Source: Macrostomum hystrix
Taxonomy: Eukaryota; Animalia; Platyhelminthes
Direction: 5' to 3'
NCBI GenBank assembly: GCA_950097015.1
Contig: CATNEN010000003.1
Span: forward strand, 3,224,001-3,288,000
Length of the DNA stretch: 64,000 bases
The translations under genes were made by a program, and so were the position numbers. How positions within the stretch are numbered: position 1 is the first letter of the stretch; each line of letters begins with the position of its first letter. The notes beneath the pieces are model-generated. The model had not been told where the DNA came from. It did no database searches and saw only the letters and a program-made list of their open reading frames with translations. Positions 34,291-46,400 of this stretch are shown one piece after another.

Positions 34291-35049
34291 AGACATAATT
34301 AGACAATCTTATATAGTTGACCAGTTCTATAGGAAGAAATATTCACGATGATGTGAGAAGAACTTATTATATTTATTTAATCTAGGCAAAGGCAATTGCT
34401 ATTTTCTGTTTAAAGTTTTGCTTCTATCTGCAGCTATCCTTGCCTAATCCAAGAAAATATTTGTTGGCTTGCTTCTGCTATCTTTTGCCGATGATTTTGG
34501 TGTGTTTTTACCTGCAATAATAAATAAATTTGTTTATTTAATTGTTAATGTTTTTGTATTTGTTTATCTCGTTATTTTGTTAGAGTTTTGTCAAAGAAAT
34601 GATAGGTCGAATTGGTTTTTTAATTTTACATAAAATATATATTTGTGCTTATTTTAATGACCTCTACGTGTACATATTCATGTAGAATAAAAATGTTTTG
34701 TAGCACGCAAAATGCAATCTGCTTTGTTCTGAATTTTGAATTTTCTGGTTTTAACATCATGAACTCGATCTAGCTCGTATTTACCATTTACATGAATTTA
34801 TATAGTTCTGCTGTATTCCTTCTTATTTGCCTACTCTACTACTTATAAGAACTGCCAGTAGTACCATCAGCCCGATATTGCAGATAGAAATCATTTTTTA
34901 AACTAAACCCTTCTCCCCTACACTTTGAAAAGCTGAAAGTATATTACATTTTAAATATATATGAGACTTTAAATATTTATTGAACTCTAAATTTGCCCTC
35001 AACTGAAATTCTTACTGCGTCTTGATTTGAGTGCAATTAAAGAGTTTTT

Positions 35050-36185
35050 TGTCTTCTGCCACCCACTGATTCTTCAGGTGTCTTCTGTCACTCACCCACT
35101 GATTCTTCAGGTGTCTTCTGTCACTCACCCACTGATTCTTCAGTTGTCTTCTGTCACTCACCCACTGATTCTTCAGGTGTCTTCTGTCACTCACCCACTG
35201 ATTCTTCAGGTGTCTTCTGTCACTCACCCACTGATTCTTCAGGTGTCTTCTGTCACTCACCCACTGATTCTTCAGGTGTCTTCTGTCACTCACCCACTGA
35301 TTCTTCAGTTGTCTTCTGTCACTCACCCACTGATTCTTCAGGTGTCTTCTGTCACTCACCCACTGATTCTTCAGGTGTCTTCTGTCACTCACCCACTGAT
35401 TCTTCAGGTGTCTTCTGTCACTCACCCACTGATTCTTCAGGTGTCTTCTGTCACTCACCCACTGATTCTTCAGTTGTCTTCTGTCACCCACCGATTCTTC
35501 AGGTGTCTTCTGTCACTCACCCACTGATTCTTCAGGTGTCTTCTGTCACCCACTGATTCTTCAGGTGTCTTCTGTCACCCACCCACTGATTCTTCAGGTG
35601 TCTTCTGTCACTCACCCACTGATTCTTCAGGTGTCTTCTGTCACCCACTGATTCTTCAGGTGTCTTCTGTCACCCACCCACTGATTCTTCAGTTGTCTTC
35701 TGTCACCCACCCACTGATTCTTCAGGTGTCTTCTGTCACCCACCCACTGATTCTTCAGGTGTCTTCTGTCACCCACCCACTGATTCTTCAGTTGTCTTCT
35801 GTCACCCACCGATTCTTCAGGTGTCTTCTGTCACTCACCCACTGATTCTTCAGGTGTCTTCTGTCACCCACCCACTGATTCTTCAGGTGTCTTCTGTCAC
35901 CCACCCACTGATTCTTCAGGTGTCTTCTGTCACCCACCCACTGATTCTTCAGGTGTCTTCTGTCACCCACCCACTGATTCTTCAGGTGTCTTCTGCCACC
36001 CACTGATTCTTCAGGTGTCTTCTGCCACCCACCCACTGATTCTTCAGGTGTCTTCTGTCACTCACCCACTGATTCTTCAGGTGTCTTCTGCCACCCACCC
36101 ACTGATTCTTCAGGTATCTTCCGTCACCCACCCACTGATTCTTCAGGTATCTTCTGTCACCCACCCACTGATTCTTCAGGTGTCA
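35050..36185. repeat. Minisatellite, 33 bp (CACCCACTGATTCTTCAGGTGTCTTCTGTCACT)
   Basis: Visible periodicity, giving 11-aa repeats in spurious ORFs. Confidence 0.96.
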
Positions 36186-37058
36186 TTTACAGCTCGTTTA
36201 GCTCATTCTCATGTAGTTTGTAGACAAATAAGTAGACGAAAATATGTTCTTGTAAACAAAATAGTTAGATTTGACAGAAGATATCAAGCATGCCATCAGA
36301 TGAAATGTGTATTTTAGATATTTAGAAATTATAAACTCCAATGCGATACTTCCGGCACTTCCCACGACAAAATCACAGACACACACAACAATACAAATGA
36401 GTTCATTATTTTTTGCGAACAAATATTAAACCATTCTGACGACGAGGAAAGCTAAATGCGTGGATAAAAAAAGATCAATTTTTTGTTTGATTTGTTATAA
36501 AATTAGTAAGTTATTCTGCCCTGCTCATGATAAGTAGTATGTAAAGAATTCAAAGGATGTGTGAAACAATTTAAGAAAATTATGTCGTACACGTATTGCT
36601 AACAAATGTCAGATTTTAAAGAAATGCTTCAACAATTTTTTGTTTTACTTTCAGTCGGAACAAAGCGAGTTAATCATTTTATTTTTTTTGTTTGAAGTTA
36701 ATAAACTGCAGTACATATAGAAAAATACAATTTATTTACATACACTGCTTTCACGAACAAAGAAGCAATCAGTTTTCAATTTTCAAGTACTCAAAACATG
36801 ATCAATAATACAAAATGTACTTTTAATAGATGTACTAACAGGCAAATAAATTATAAAAACGTTCTAAGAATTGCATTTTAATCTAATTTCAATTAGATTT
36901 TAACAAAATAGTTTTATTTTAGGAAAGGAATGCGAAAAAAATTTCTCTACGTGGTAAATTCTCCATGGTATAACTAGTTGTCTTGGCGCAATGCCTTTCT
37001 CAATCTGAAAGGTACATTCTGTGCACTTTTAATCCAGCGAATATCCTTATAACCTTGT

Positions 37059-37360
37059 GGTTGTAGTCTTGTGGTTAGAGCGTCTGACTCACGACTTAAA
37101 GGTCGGGGGTTCGATTCCCGACTCCATTGGAAAAATTTGTGTCCTTTAGCAAGACACTTCACTCAGCAATGCTTCAGTTCACCCAGCTGTTAAATGGGTA
37201 CCAGCATCAACTGGGGTAATTGAGGGTGGGTGTGGCGTCCCCCCAGTCCATGGACTGAACAGCTGTACGCAGCCTTCAGATGCGCCGCGCAATAGCTGCG
37301 GCTCTGCTGTCGGCTGCACATCTGCAGCCCAACTGGGCTAGCTGTAATTTCTATTATTCT
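37059..37360 (+). mobile_element. SINE family A, full-length copy just downstream of the Kv stop codon
   Basis: Highly similar to 7251-7558. Confidence 0.9.
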
Positions 37361-37430
37361 ATGGCATTGTGTGCATTACTGCTTAGAAACCAGAAAACCG
37401 GATGAAGAATACCGGGCCAGCTCAGCTTCC

Positions 37431-40400
37431 CTAGACAAACTGCTCCTGCTCCAAATCGGAGTCCCGTTCATCGTCTGACAGGTTCTCATCCGTCCGATCG
37501 ATAATTGGTAGCTGAGCTTCATCGTCATCGTCCCGGCTGCAGTCGGCCTGCAAAACAATGCGCGACATGCCGGCGTCTATTGACATCTTTTTACCGGCGA
37601 GGGTCCCGACGCTACCCAGCAGACTGCCTAGACTGCTGCGGTTGTTAACTCCGCTGGGACCCGTCACCGTCACGATTGGCGGCGGTGGCGGCGGCGGTGG
37701 CTGCGGCTGCGGCTCCAATAGGGCCGTTGTAACCGTAGTTGTTCCAGCGGTGGCGGCGGTGGCAGCCAGTGTCGGCGTCGGGGACGGCGACGGTCCAGCG
37801 GCTCGGCTCCCGCCACTAGCTCCTCGGTTCTTTTTAATTAGACCGTTGAGTATTTTATCGTCGGTGGCCGCCTTGTTGTCGTAGCTGCGCTGTTGAATGT
37901 AGCGCTTGTTGCCTCCCTGGCCGTAGCGACCACCGCCTTGGCTAGCCAAGCTGCTGTTCAAATCCTTGGTCATGATCTTCAGATATTTGTTCTCCTTCAT
38001 TTGGTTCTGCATGTACTTGTAGTAGGTGTTGAAATTGTTGCCAATGATGGGTATGGCTAGGCCGGTGACGATGCAGCCTGCGGATGGGTTTTTGGTGCGT
38101 TTTTCTGCGTTTTTACTTTTAAATTAAGGATGTGACCATTGTACTTTTAAGTCCAATTCGTGTACTAATTACCGACAAGTGTACTATAAATAACCTATTT
38201 TCAAAAAGTACTAATAGCAGGTGCACAAATGGTTAACTCAAATAACATCTACAATTTAAGCGGACAAGTTTCACAAAGACCAAATAAGAGACATTTTATT
38301 TCTTTTTTTTACAAATTTAAATTCTTTATCATCTTTAGGGCTTTTTTAGTTGTAAACAATACAGCCAACAGTGCATAACCCCACCTTTTAGTGCCAACCC
38401 CCTTTCGCAACACCAACCTCACTCCTCAGAGCCAACCTCACTCCCCAGAGCCAACCTCACTTCACTGTGCCAACTAATGTGCTGCGCTAACCCCCCGCCG
38501 AAACACCAACCTCACTCTTAGGAGCAAACCTCACTCCTCGGAGCCAACCTCACTCTTTGGAGCCAATCTCACTCCTCGGAGCCAACCTCACTCCACTGTG
38601 CCAACCAATTTGCTGCGCTAACCCCCGACGAAACACCAACCTCACTCTTAGGAGCAAACCTCACTCCACTGTGCCAAACTCATTTTGCTGCGCTAACCCC
38701 CGCCGAAACACCAACCTCACTCCTCGGAGCCAACCTCACTCCTCGGAGCCAACCTCAATCCTCGGAGCTAACCTCACTCCACTGTGCCAAATTAAATTTG
38801 TAGCGCCCCACTCCGAACAACAACCTCACTCCACTGTACCAACCCCAATTCAAAGTGCCAACCCCCTATGCAACACCTATCTCACTCTCGAAGCCAACAT
38901 CAATTATGAACAAAATGTACAAAAAACAATCGCCAATCCCTACTGCCAAATCAGTAGTACAATTTCCAAACTTGCAACTAAGAAACGATGTCTACCAAAT
39001 AATCGATCGCGCCCTAAAAAAACTATAATTAACCAGTTGGGGATCAGCATGGCGAGCAGTTTCACTTCTATCCGGTAGGCAAAGACCTACAAAGTTGTGT
39101 AATCAATCCGCAACGAAGGCAAGAGTTGCCAATCCGAAAAATATTTTTGCCGATAAGAAGCTCTAATGAAATCCCCCCAAGCCTGGATACGGGATGAGGA
39201 AGGGGAGTTCCGTAAAAGCTTTTCTTGACGCCCCATAGGATTTTTTATCGCTTATCGACTATATAGGGAAAGCTGATGGGAGACCCATCCCTGTCGCTAC
39301 AGGCTCGGTTGCCAGCCAGTGCTAAGAGGGAATGAAACGGGATCCGTTGAGCTTGACTAATAAAAAACTTGCCTTACTCGCCTTAAAAACAACGACGAGT
39401 CATAAACCATTTGGCCTTGTGCGGGCATGGAATTTTGTGTCGTGTAATTGTTATAAAATTTTCTCTTCCAGATGTTTGTCTTTAACCTCTGCTTGCACGT
39501 TTATTTTATTTTCACATTACGAGCACACTACTAGCTAGTTCAGTTGCAAATGTGAAAAATTTTTGCACAGGCAACAAAATCATAAACCCCTCTCGCCAGT
39601 ACTAACCCAATTTGTAGCGCCAACGACACTCTGCTACACCAATTTCACTCCACAACACAAAACTCACTTCTCAACACCAACCTCACTCCCCAACACCAAC
39701 CTCACTCCGCAGCGTCAACCTTACTCCGCAACACCAACCTCACTCCGCAGCGCCAAATTCACTCCGCAACACCAACCTCACTCCGCAACACCAACCTCAC
39801 TCCCCAACACCAACCTCACTCCCCAACACCAACCTCACTCCGCAGCGTCAACCTTACTCCGCAACACCAACCTCACTCCCCAACACCAACCTCACTCCGC
39901 AGCGTCAACCTTACTCCGCAACACCAAACTCACTCCGCAGCGCCAAATTCACTCCGCAACACCAACCTCACTCCGCAACACCAACCTCACTCCGCAACGC
40001 CAACCTCACTTAAAAGTTTAAGGCATCATTTGAAAAAAAAATAATATGCAAATAAAAAGTTAACATTAAAGATGATGAGACACTGATCTTTTACAAGTAA
40101 TTAACTGATACAAGAACAAATATTGACCACTGTCTGATAACTTTTTGGCAAACTACGAGCAGCTAGTCCTCTCATGTGTCAACCAATGCCAAAGCTAATT
40201 AATCTGCCTCAGGCGATAGACATCCGACATAGCAAAGTCGGTAGTGTAGAAAAATAATGATTTCCAGTCGCTTTGATTTCACTCTTCAGTGTCACTTAAG
40301 CACCAATGAACAAAATAACTTTAGACACAGGGCGTAATTTAGAATGTCAATGAATTGTAAATGGCGCAAATCAGAAAATGTGAAAAGAACATTGCTCGAC

Positions 40401-43400
40401 TAATAAGTACAATTACCCAAAAAATAACGATATTTCCGAATAAGAGCTTAAGTTAGGGTAGCATACAAACGGGTAGACATTAGGAGAGTGAACAAGAAAA
40501 TATTTATAAGAGTGAGAATGGGTAGAAGGATGGTTAGAAAGGGTAGAATTGGGTGGGTGAGAAAGGGTAGAATCGGGAGGGTGAGAAAGGGTAGAATCGG
40601 GAGAGGCGAGAAAAGGGTAGAATCGGGAGGGTGAGAAAAGGGAAGAATCGGGAGGGTGAGAAAAGGGTAGAATCAGGAGAGTGAGAAAGGGTACAATCGG
40701 GAGGGTGAGAAAAGGGTAGAATCGGGAGAGTGAGAAAAGTGTAGAGTCACGAGGGTGAGAAAGGGTAGAATCGGGAGGGTGAGAAAGGGTAGAATCGGGA
40801 GAGTGAGAAAAGTGTATAATCGGGAGGGTGAGAAAAGGGTAGAATCGGGAGAGTGAGAAAGGGTAGAATCGGGAGAGTGAGAAAGGGTACAATCGGGAGG
40901 GTGAGAAAAGGGTAGAATCGGGAGGGTGAGAAAAGTGTATAATCGGGAGGGTGAGAAAAGGGTAGAATCGGGAGGGTGAGAAAAGGGTAGAATCAGAGGG
41001 TGAGAAAAGGGAAGAATCGGGAGAGTGAGAAAAATATAGAATCGGAGGGTGAGAAAGGGTAGAATCGGGAGAGTGAGAAAGGGTAGAATCGGGAGGGTGA
41101 GAAAGGGTAGAATCGGGAGGGTGAGAAAGGGTAGAATCGGGAGAGTGAGAAAAGTGTATAATCGGGAGGGTGAGAAAAGGGTAGAATCGGGAGGGTGAGA
41201 AAAGGGAAGAATCGGGAGGGTGAGAAAAGGGAAGAATCGGGAGGGTGAGAAAAGGGTAGAATCGGGAGAGTGAGAAAGGGTACAATCGGGAGGGTGAGAA
41301 AAGGGTAGAATCGGGAGAGTGAGAAAAGTGTAGAGTCACGAGGGTGAGAAAGGGTAGAATCAGGAGGGTGAGAAAGGGTAGAATCGGGAGAGTGAGAAAA
41401 GTGTATAATCGGGAGGGTGAGAAAAGGGTAGAATCGGGGGAGTGAGAAAGGGTAGAATCGGGAGAGTGAGAAAGGGTACAATCGGGAGGGTGAGAAAAGG
41501 GTAGAATCGGGAGGGTGAGAAAGGGTAGAATCGGGAGGGTGAGAAAAGGGTAGAATCGGGAGGGTGAGAGAAGGGTAGAATCGGGAGGGTGAGAGAAGGG
41601 TAGAATCAGAGGGTGAGAAAAGGGAAGAATCGGGAGATTGAGAAAAATATAGAATCGGAGGGTGAGAAAGGGTAGAATCGGGAGAGTGAGAAAGGGTAGA
41701 ATCGGGAGGGTGAGAAAGGGTAGAATCGGGAGGGTGAGAAAGGGTAGAGTCGGGAGGGTGAAAAAAGGGTAGAATCTGGAGGGTGAGAAAGGGTAGAATC
41801 GGGAGGGTGAGAAAAGGGTAGAATCGGGAGGGTGAGAGAAGGGTAGAATCAGAGGGTGAGAAAAGGGAAGAATCGGGAGAGTGAGAAAAATATAGAATCG
41901 GAGGGTGAGAAAGGGTAGAATCGGGAGAGTGAGAAAGGGTAGAATCGGGAGGGTGAGAAAGGGTAGAATCGGGAGGGTGAGAAAGGGTAGAATCGGGAGA
42001 GTGAGAAAGGGTAGAATCGGGAGGGTGAGAAAGGGTAGAATCGGGAGGGTGAGAAAGGGTAGAATCGGGAGAGTGAGAAAAGTGTAGAATCGGGAGGGTG
42101 AGAAAAGGGAAGAATCGGGAGGGTGAGAAAGGGGTAGAATCGGGAGGGTGAGAAAGGGTAGAATCGGGAGGGTGAGAAAGGGGTAGAATCGGGAGGGTGA
42201 GAAAGGGTAGAATCAGGAGGGTGAGAAAGGGTAGAATCGGGAGAGTGAGAGAAGTGTAGAATCGGGAGGGTGAGAAAAGGGAAGAATCGGGAGGGTGAGA
42301 AAGGGGTAGAATCGGGAGGGTGAGAAAGGGTAGAATTGGGAGGGTGAGAAAGGGGTAGAATCGGAGGGTGAGAAAGGGTAGTATTGGCAGAAGAAGCAGG
42401 TAGAATGGTCTAAATATGACAAAAGAATCCGGTTTAGTTTTGCATCATTTAAATCATGCCAGCATGAACGCAAAGGCATGAGCACGGATACTTCTAGGAG
42501 CAAAGATGAGGCACGCTTTGGCTTGAGTTTGAAGAGAATATAGTAAGTAATACACGGCCGTCTGAAAAGACGGACGGTCGGTCAGTTTGGAGTGGGGCGA
42601 GCAGAGGCAGCCTCAGACACGCATCCCCGATGTCAAATCCTGTCCCTCTTATGCTTCTTGCCTCTCCAACTCCTATGCAGGGTATATAAATCCCCAATGT
42701 TGGGACGGTGAACAGCTTGTTAGCCTGACTGACACTCGTGAAGTCGTGCTAGTTAAAACGTATATATAAATATATATGTAGTTATTAGGGTGTTTGTTAG
42801 ACCGATAAAATCTATAAGGTCATGCTTGGCTAGCTTTGGTTCCTTATTTCGTGGCAGAGTCGATTTTTTCGCAAATATTGTAGAAAACTTTTCAATATTC
42901 GAGCCGTAGGTGACACAAACTGACAGTTGTGATAGGTGTAGCTATACTTGAGGCGTAGACTGGGTTATTTATTGGATTGATGATTTCGAATGAAGTGAGA
43001 AATTATTCCTGATGGGAGCATAGAGCTTGGGATTTATAATCGAGAGGTCAGGAGTTCGAAAACCAGGTGAAATTGGTTCCAGTTCCAAAGTACCCCGAGC
43101 TCGATTCCGCGGCGACGCCGCATTCATTTGGGGCGCAGCCGCGGAGAGAAGGCTTTGGAGGGCTTGTCGTGCAACTTACTTTTAACTTTTAAGGCACAGT
43201 GAGAGTGTACACTGCCTGACTGTGTGAGTATGTGCTCAGGAGTTTACGGAATGCCTCCTCGAAAATCTGCGTGTTTACTGTGCCCACAACCCTCCTGGAA
43301 ATATTATATTATTGTCAGCGATTGCACCTTACAAATCTGGCTTGTGATCTCCAGTACCAAGTCAAGTGAGTGCGCAGGTAGTTATATAGTCCTACCTATT

Positions 43401-46400
43401 CACGGGCACAATTGATTTATTTTCATGAGGGCTAATTAAAAAATAGAAGAATTCAAAACTTTACTTTCACCTCAACTATTAAACGAAATCTTCTTTCGAT
43501 TTCCCTTTTAATTTCGTCATTGAGCTGAGAAGGAAATTGAGACTGAGCTTTCAGCCTCGGAAACGGAAGTCTCCAAATTTTGAGTAGAGAGACGTAGAGA
43601 GAGAGAGAGAGGAGAGAGAGCGAGGCAGTTCTGCTGGCAAGGCTAGGATAAATAGCCGAGGGGTTCTCACAGCAGGAGATCTGCAATCTCAGACATTTCA
43701 GTTGGAAGGAAGCTGCAGAGATGAGGGGTCTGGATTGAGTAGGAGAAAAAGCTTGAATCCCCTTGGCAATACTCAGCGCTGAGGATAAGAAAAATGTAGT
43801 TAAGGTTAGAAAGAAGGGCATCGGACCTTCCCGTGCCTAGCTCGTTACAACGTGCCTTAAAAGTTTAGATCCATTGCTCAATGTTCCTACAAATCTATAA
43901 AAAGTTTAGTTTAGCAGTAGTTAAGAGTACTGTCTTAAAGTCCTATTATACAATTGAAACTGAAGTAAAAAAGCAACTGACTTCATAAAAAATCTAAGTA
44001 GTCCCACACCTTACTCACCATAGCAAACCCCACCCCGCCAAGCCAAACCCACTCCGCAGAACCAACCACACTCCGCCGAGCCAACGCCACTCCGCCGAGC
44101 CAACCCCACTCCGCCGAGCCAACCCCACTCCGCCGAGCCAACCCACTCCGCAGAACCAACCAAACTCCGCCGGGCCAACCCCACTCCGCCGAGCCAACCC
44201 CACTCCGCCGAGCCAACCCCACTCCGCAGAACCAACCACACTTCGCCGGGCCAACTCCACTCCGCTGCATCCACCTCACTCCCAAACTAATCAAAAAGGC
44301 GAAAAACTCACCGGACACTGCGGCAATCGATCCGACAATAAATCCTGGCCCACCCTTCGGCACAATGTCGCCGTAGCCCACAGTGGTCAGGGTGACAATG
44401 CTCCACCAGAATGCGTGCGGGATATCGCTGAAGGTGTCCACCTGCTTGTACTCTGCCATGTACACCATTGAGCTGAACAGAAACATTCCGTTCATCAGCA
44501 AGAAGCCCAGCAGAACCAGCTCCGGTATGGACTTCTTCACCGTCAGCATCAGCACTCGAAGACCGCGACTGATTTTGCTGATTTTGAAGACGCGCAAAAT
44601 TCTCAACGCCTGCGACATTGACAGGACGTTGAGCCACCACAGGCTGACTACGGGCGGCTCTCCAGCTTCAGCGGCCTCCGCCCACCGCTGCAACTCGTCA
44701 GCGTCTGGCCTATAATAGTAGAAGAAGAACAAAGACACGTAGATCCAGTAGGAGCCCAAGATGATGATGTCCATGATGGAGATTGGCGACTTCAAAAACT
44801 TGGTCTTGTCCGGCGCCACCACTAGTTTGGTGAAGAACTCGAAGGTGAAGACAGCGTTCAGGGTGATGTCGACAATGACTAGGCCCTGCATCGGCTCGGT
44901 CTCGCAGTCCTTGCGCACCTTGGAGTTTGTTGATCGCAGCTGGTCACGGCAGATACCAGTTGTGCTATTGTTCCAGAGCACCTTGCTGCTGGGTGAACGG
45001 AATGCCAGGTGTGTCTGCAGACAGTAGCACATCACGCTGCAGATCATTAGCAGCAGCAGTAGCATGGCCCAGAGCTGGTTGGGGTGAGCAAATTAAAAGG
45101 AAGTGGCATTAAACTGACTGTACGAATACATACTTACATACTAAAGTCAAGGACCACTAGTAGTAGAAGGACGGGAAACTTCGTTTCTTAGAAAAATATT
45201 TGAAGGCTGGTTTCGCGAAAAAAAATACACTACAGAGATAGGAAATTTACATTCTTTTCACATTTAAATGGTTACAGAATGTTTTAAATTTTTGTACATG
45301 ACGATTTAATTGTCATACGGTTTTCTTTACTTATCACTGACAACGTTTTACAGTTTTTTATAGCTATTTATTCTTAATGAGTCAAACTTAAGACTTTTTA
45401 GTTGTAGTTTTTTGACTAGAATTTATAAGGATAACTCATGCATTTTCATTATTTAGCTAAATGAAGCTTGTAGATTTTGTAAAGTAGTTCATTTTTTAAA
45501 TAAAAAACTAAATTAATAAATAACAAATTAAGAATATAATAATAAAATAAAAATAGCTTTCTAATAAAGCTAGGAAGAAAAAGCAAATACTAATTAATTA
45601 ATTAATTATTACTTTATTGGTAGAGGAAAACCATATTTCAAGCTAATTTTACGTCTGTAGTTTATTAAATTTCAGACTTATGATAGGTTATTTAGTAAAT
45701 AAAACCTTATTTGAGGATCAAATTGTAATGTACAAAAATTCGTAACATTAGTCAAGTGTTATGAAGTGTCAAGTCCAATCAAAAACGGTCACCACTGTAC
45801 TAAATGTGAAGAAAAGATAATTTCCTATCTCCTCAGTGTATTTGTTTTTCACGAAAACATGCCTTCGTGAAAAAAAGCAATTTTTTTCTAAGAAAATTCC
45901 CCTCCTCCTTCTACTGTGTTGCTTGACTATAGTATGAGAATGAGAATATTAGCTTGCTAGCTGTTCAGTCCATGGACTGGGCAAGGAGTGGGCCCAGACC
46001 TACTAAATTTTTAATCCATACAATACTGGCACCCAGTGGCGGCGCAGGACCTCCAGCTGGGGGGGGGCGGTGGTTGGGTGGTCACCCCCCTGAGGTCTCA
46101 GGTGACCACCCCCATGCCCCATGGGGTGACCACACTTTTGAAAAAATATGGTAAAGTACCAATTTTTTTTAACTGGGTGGTCACCCCCTGAGGGTGGTGA
46201 GGGGTGGTCACCCGGGGGCAGCCCGCCCACCCGCCCCCCCTGCGCCGACACTGCTGGCACCCGTGTTTCTATCCAATCTTTCTCAATGAGATTCTGTGAT
46301 TCCATCTCTACCAAGCTAAATTCTCCAGAGTGGAATTCAAGGGGGTTAAAAAGCCAAAATGATAATCAATATAGTACAATTTGTCCGGGAAAAAAACAGC

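Noticed and set aside
33421-36317. Long ORFs in tandem repeats (also 40413-41481, 50829-51907, 58303-58830)
   Set aside because: They are open in several frames because the repeat units lack stops, and they show no protein-like features.
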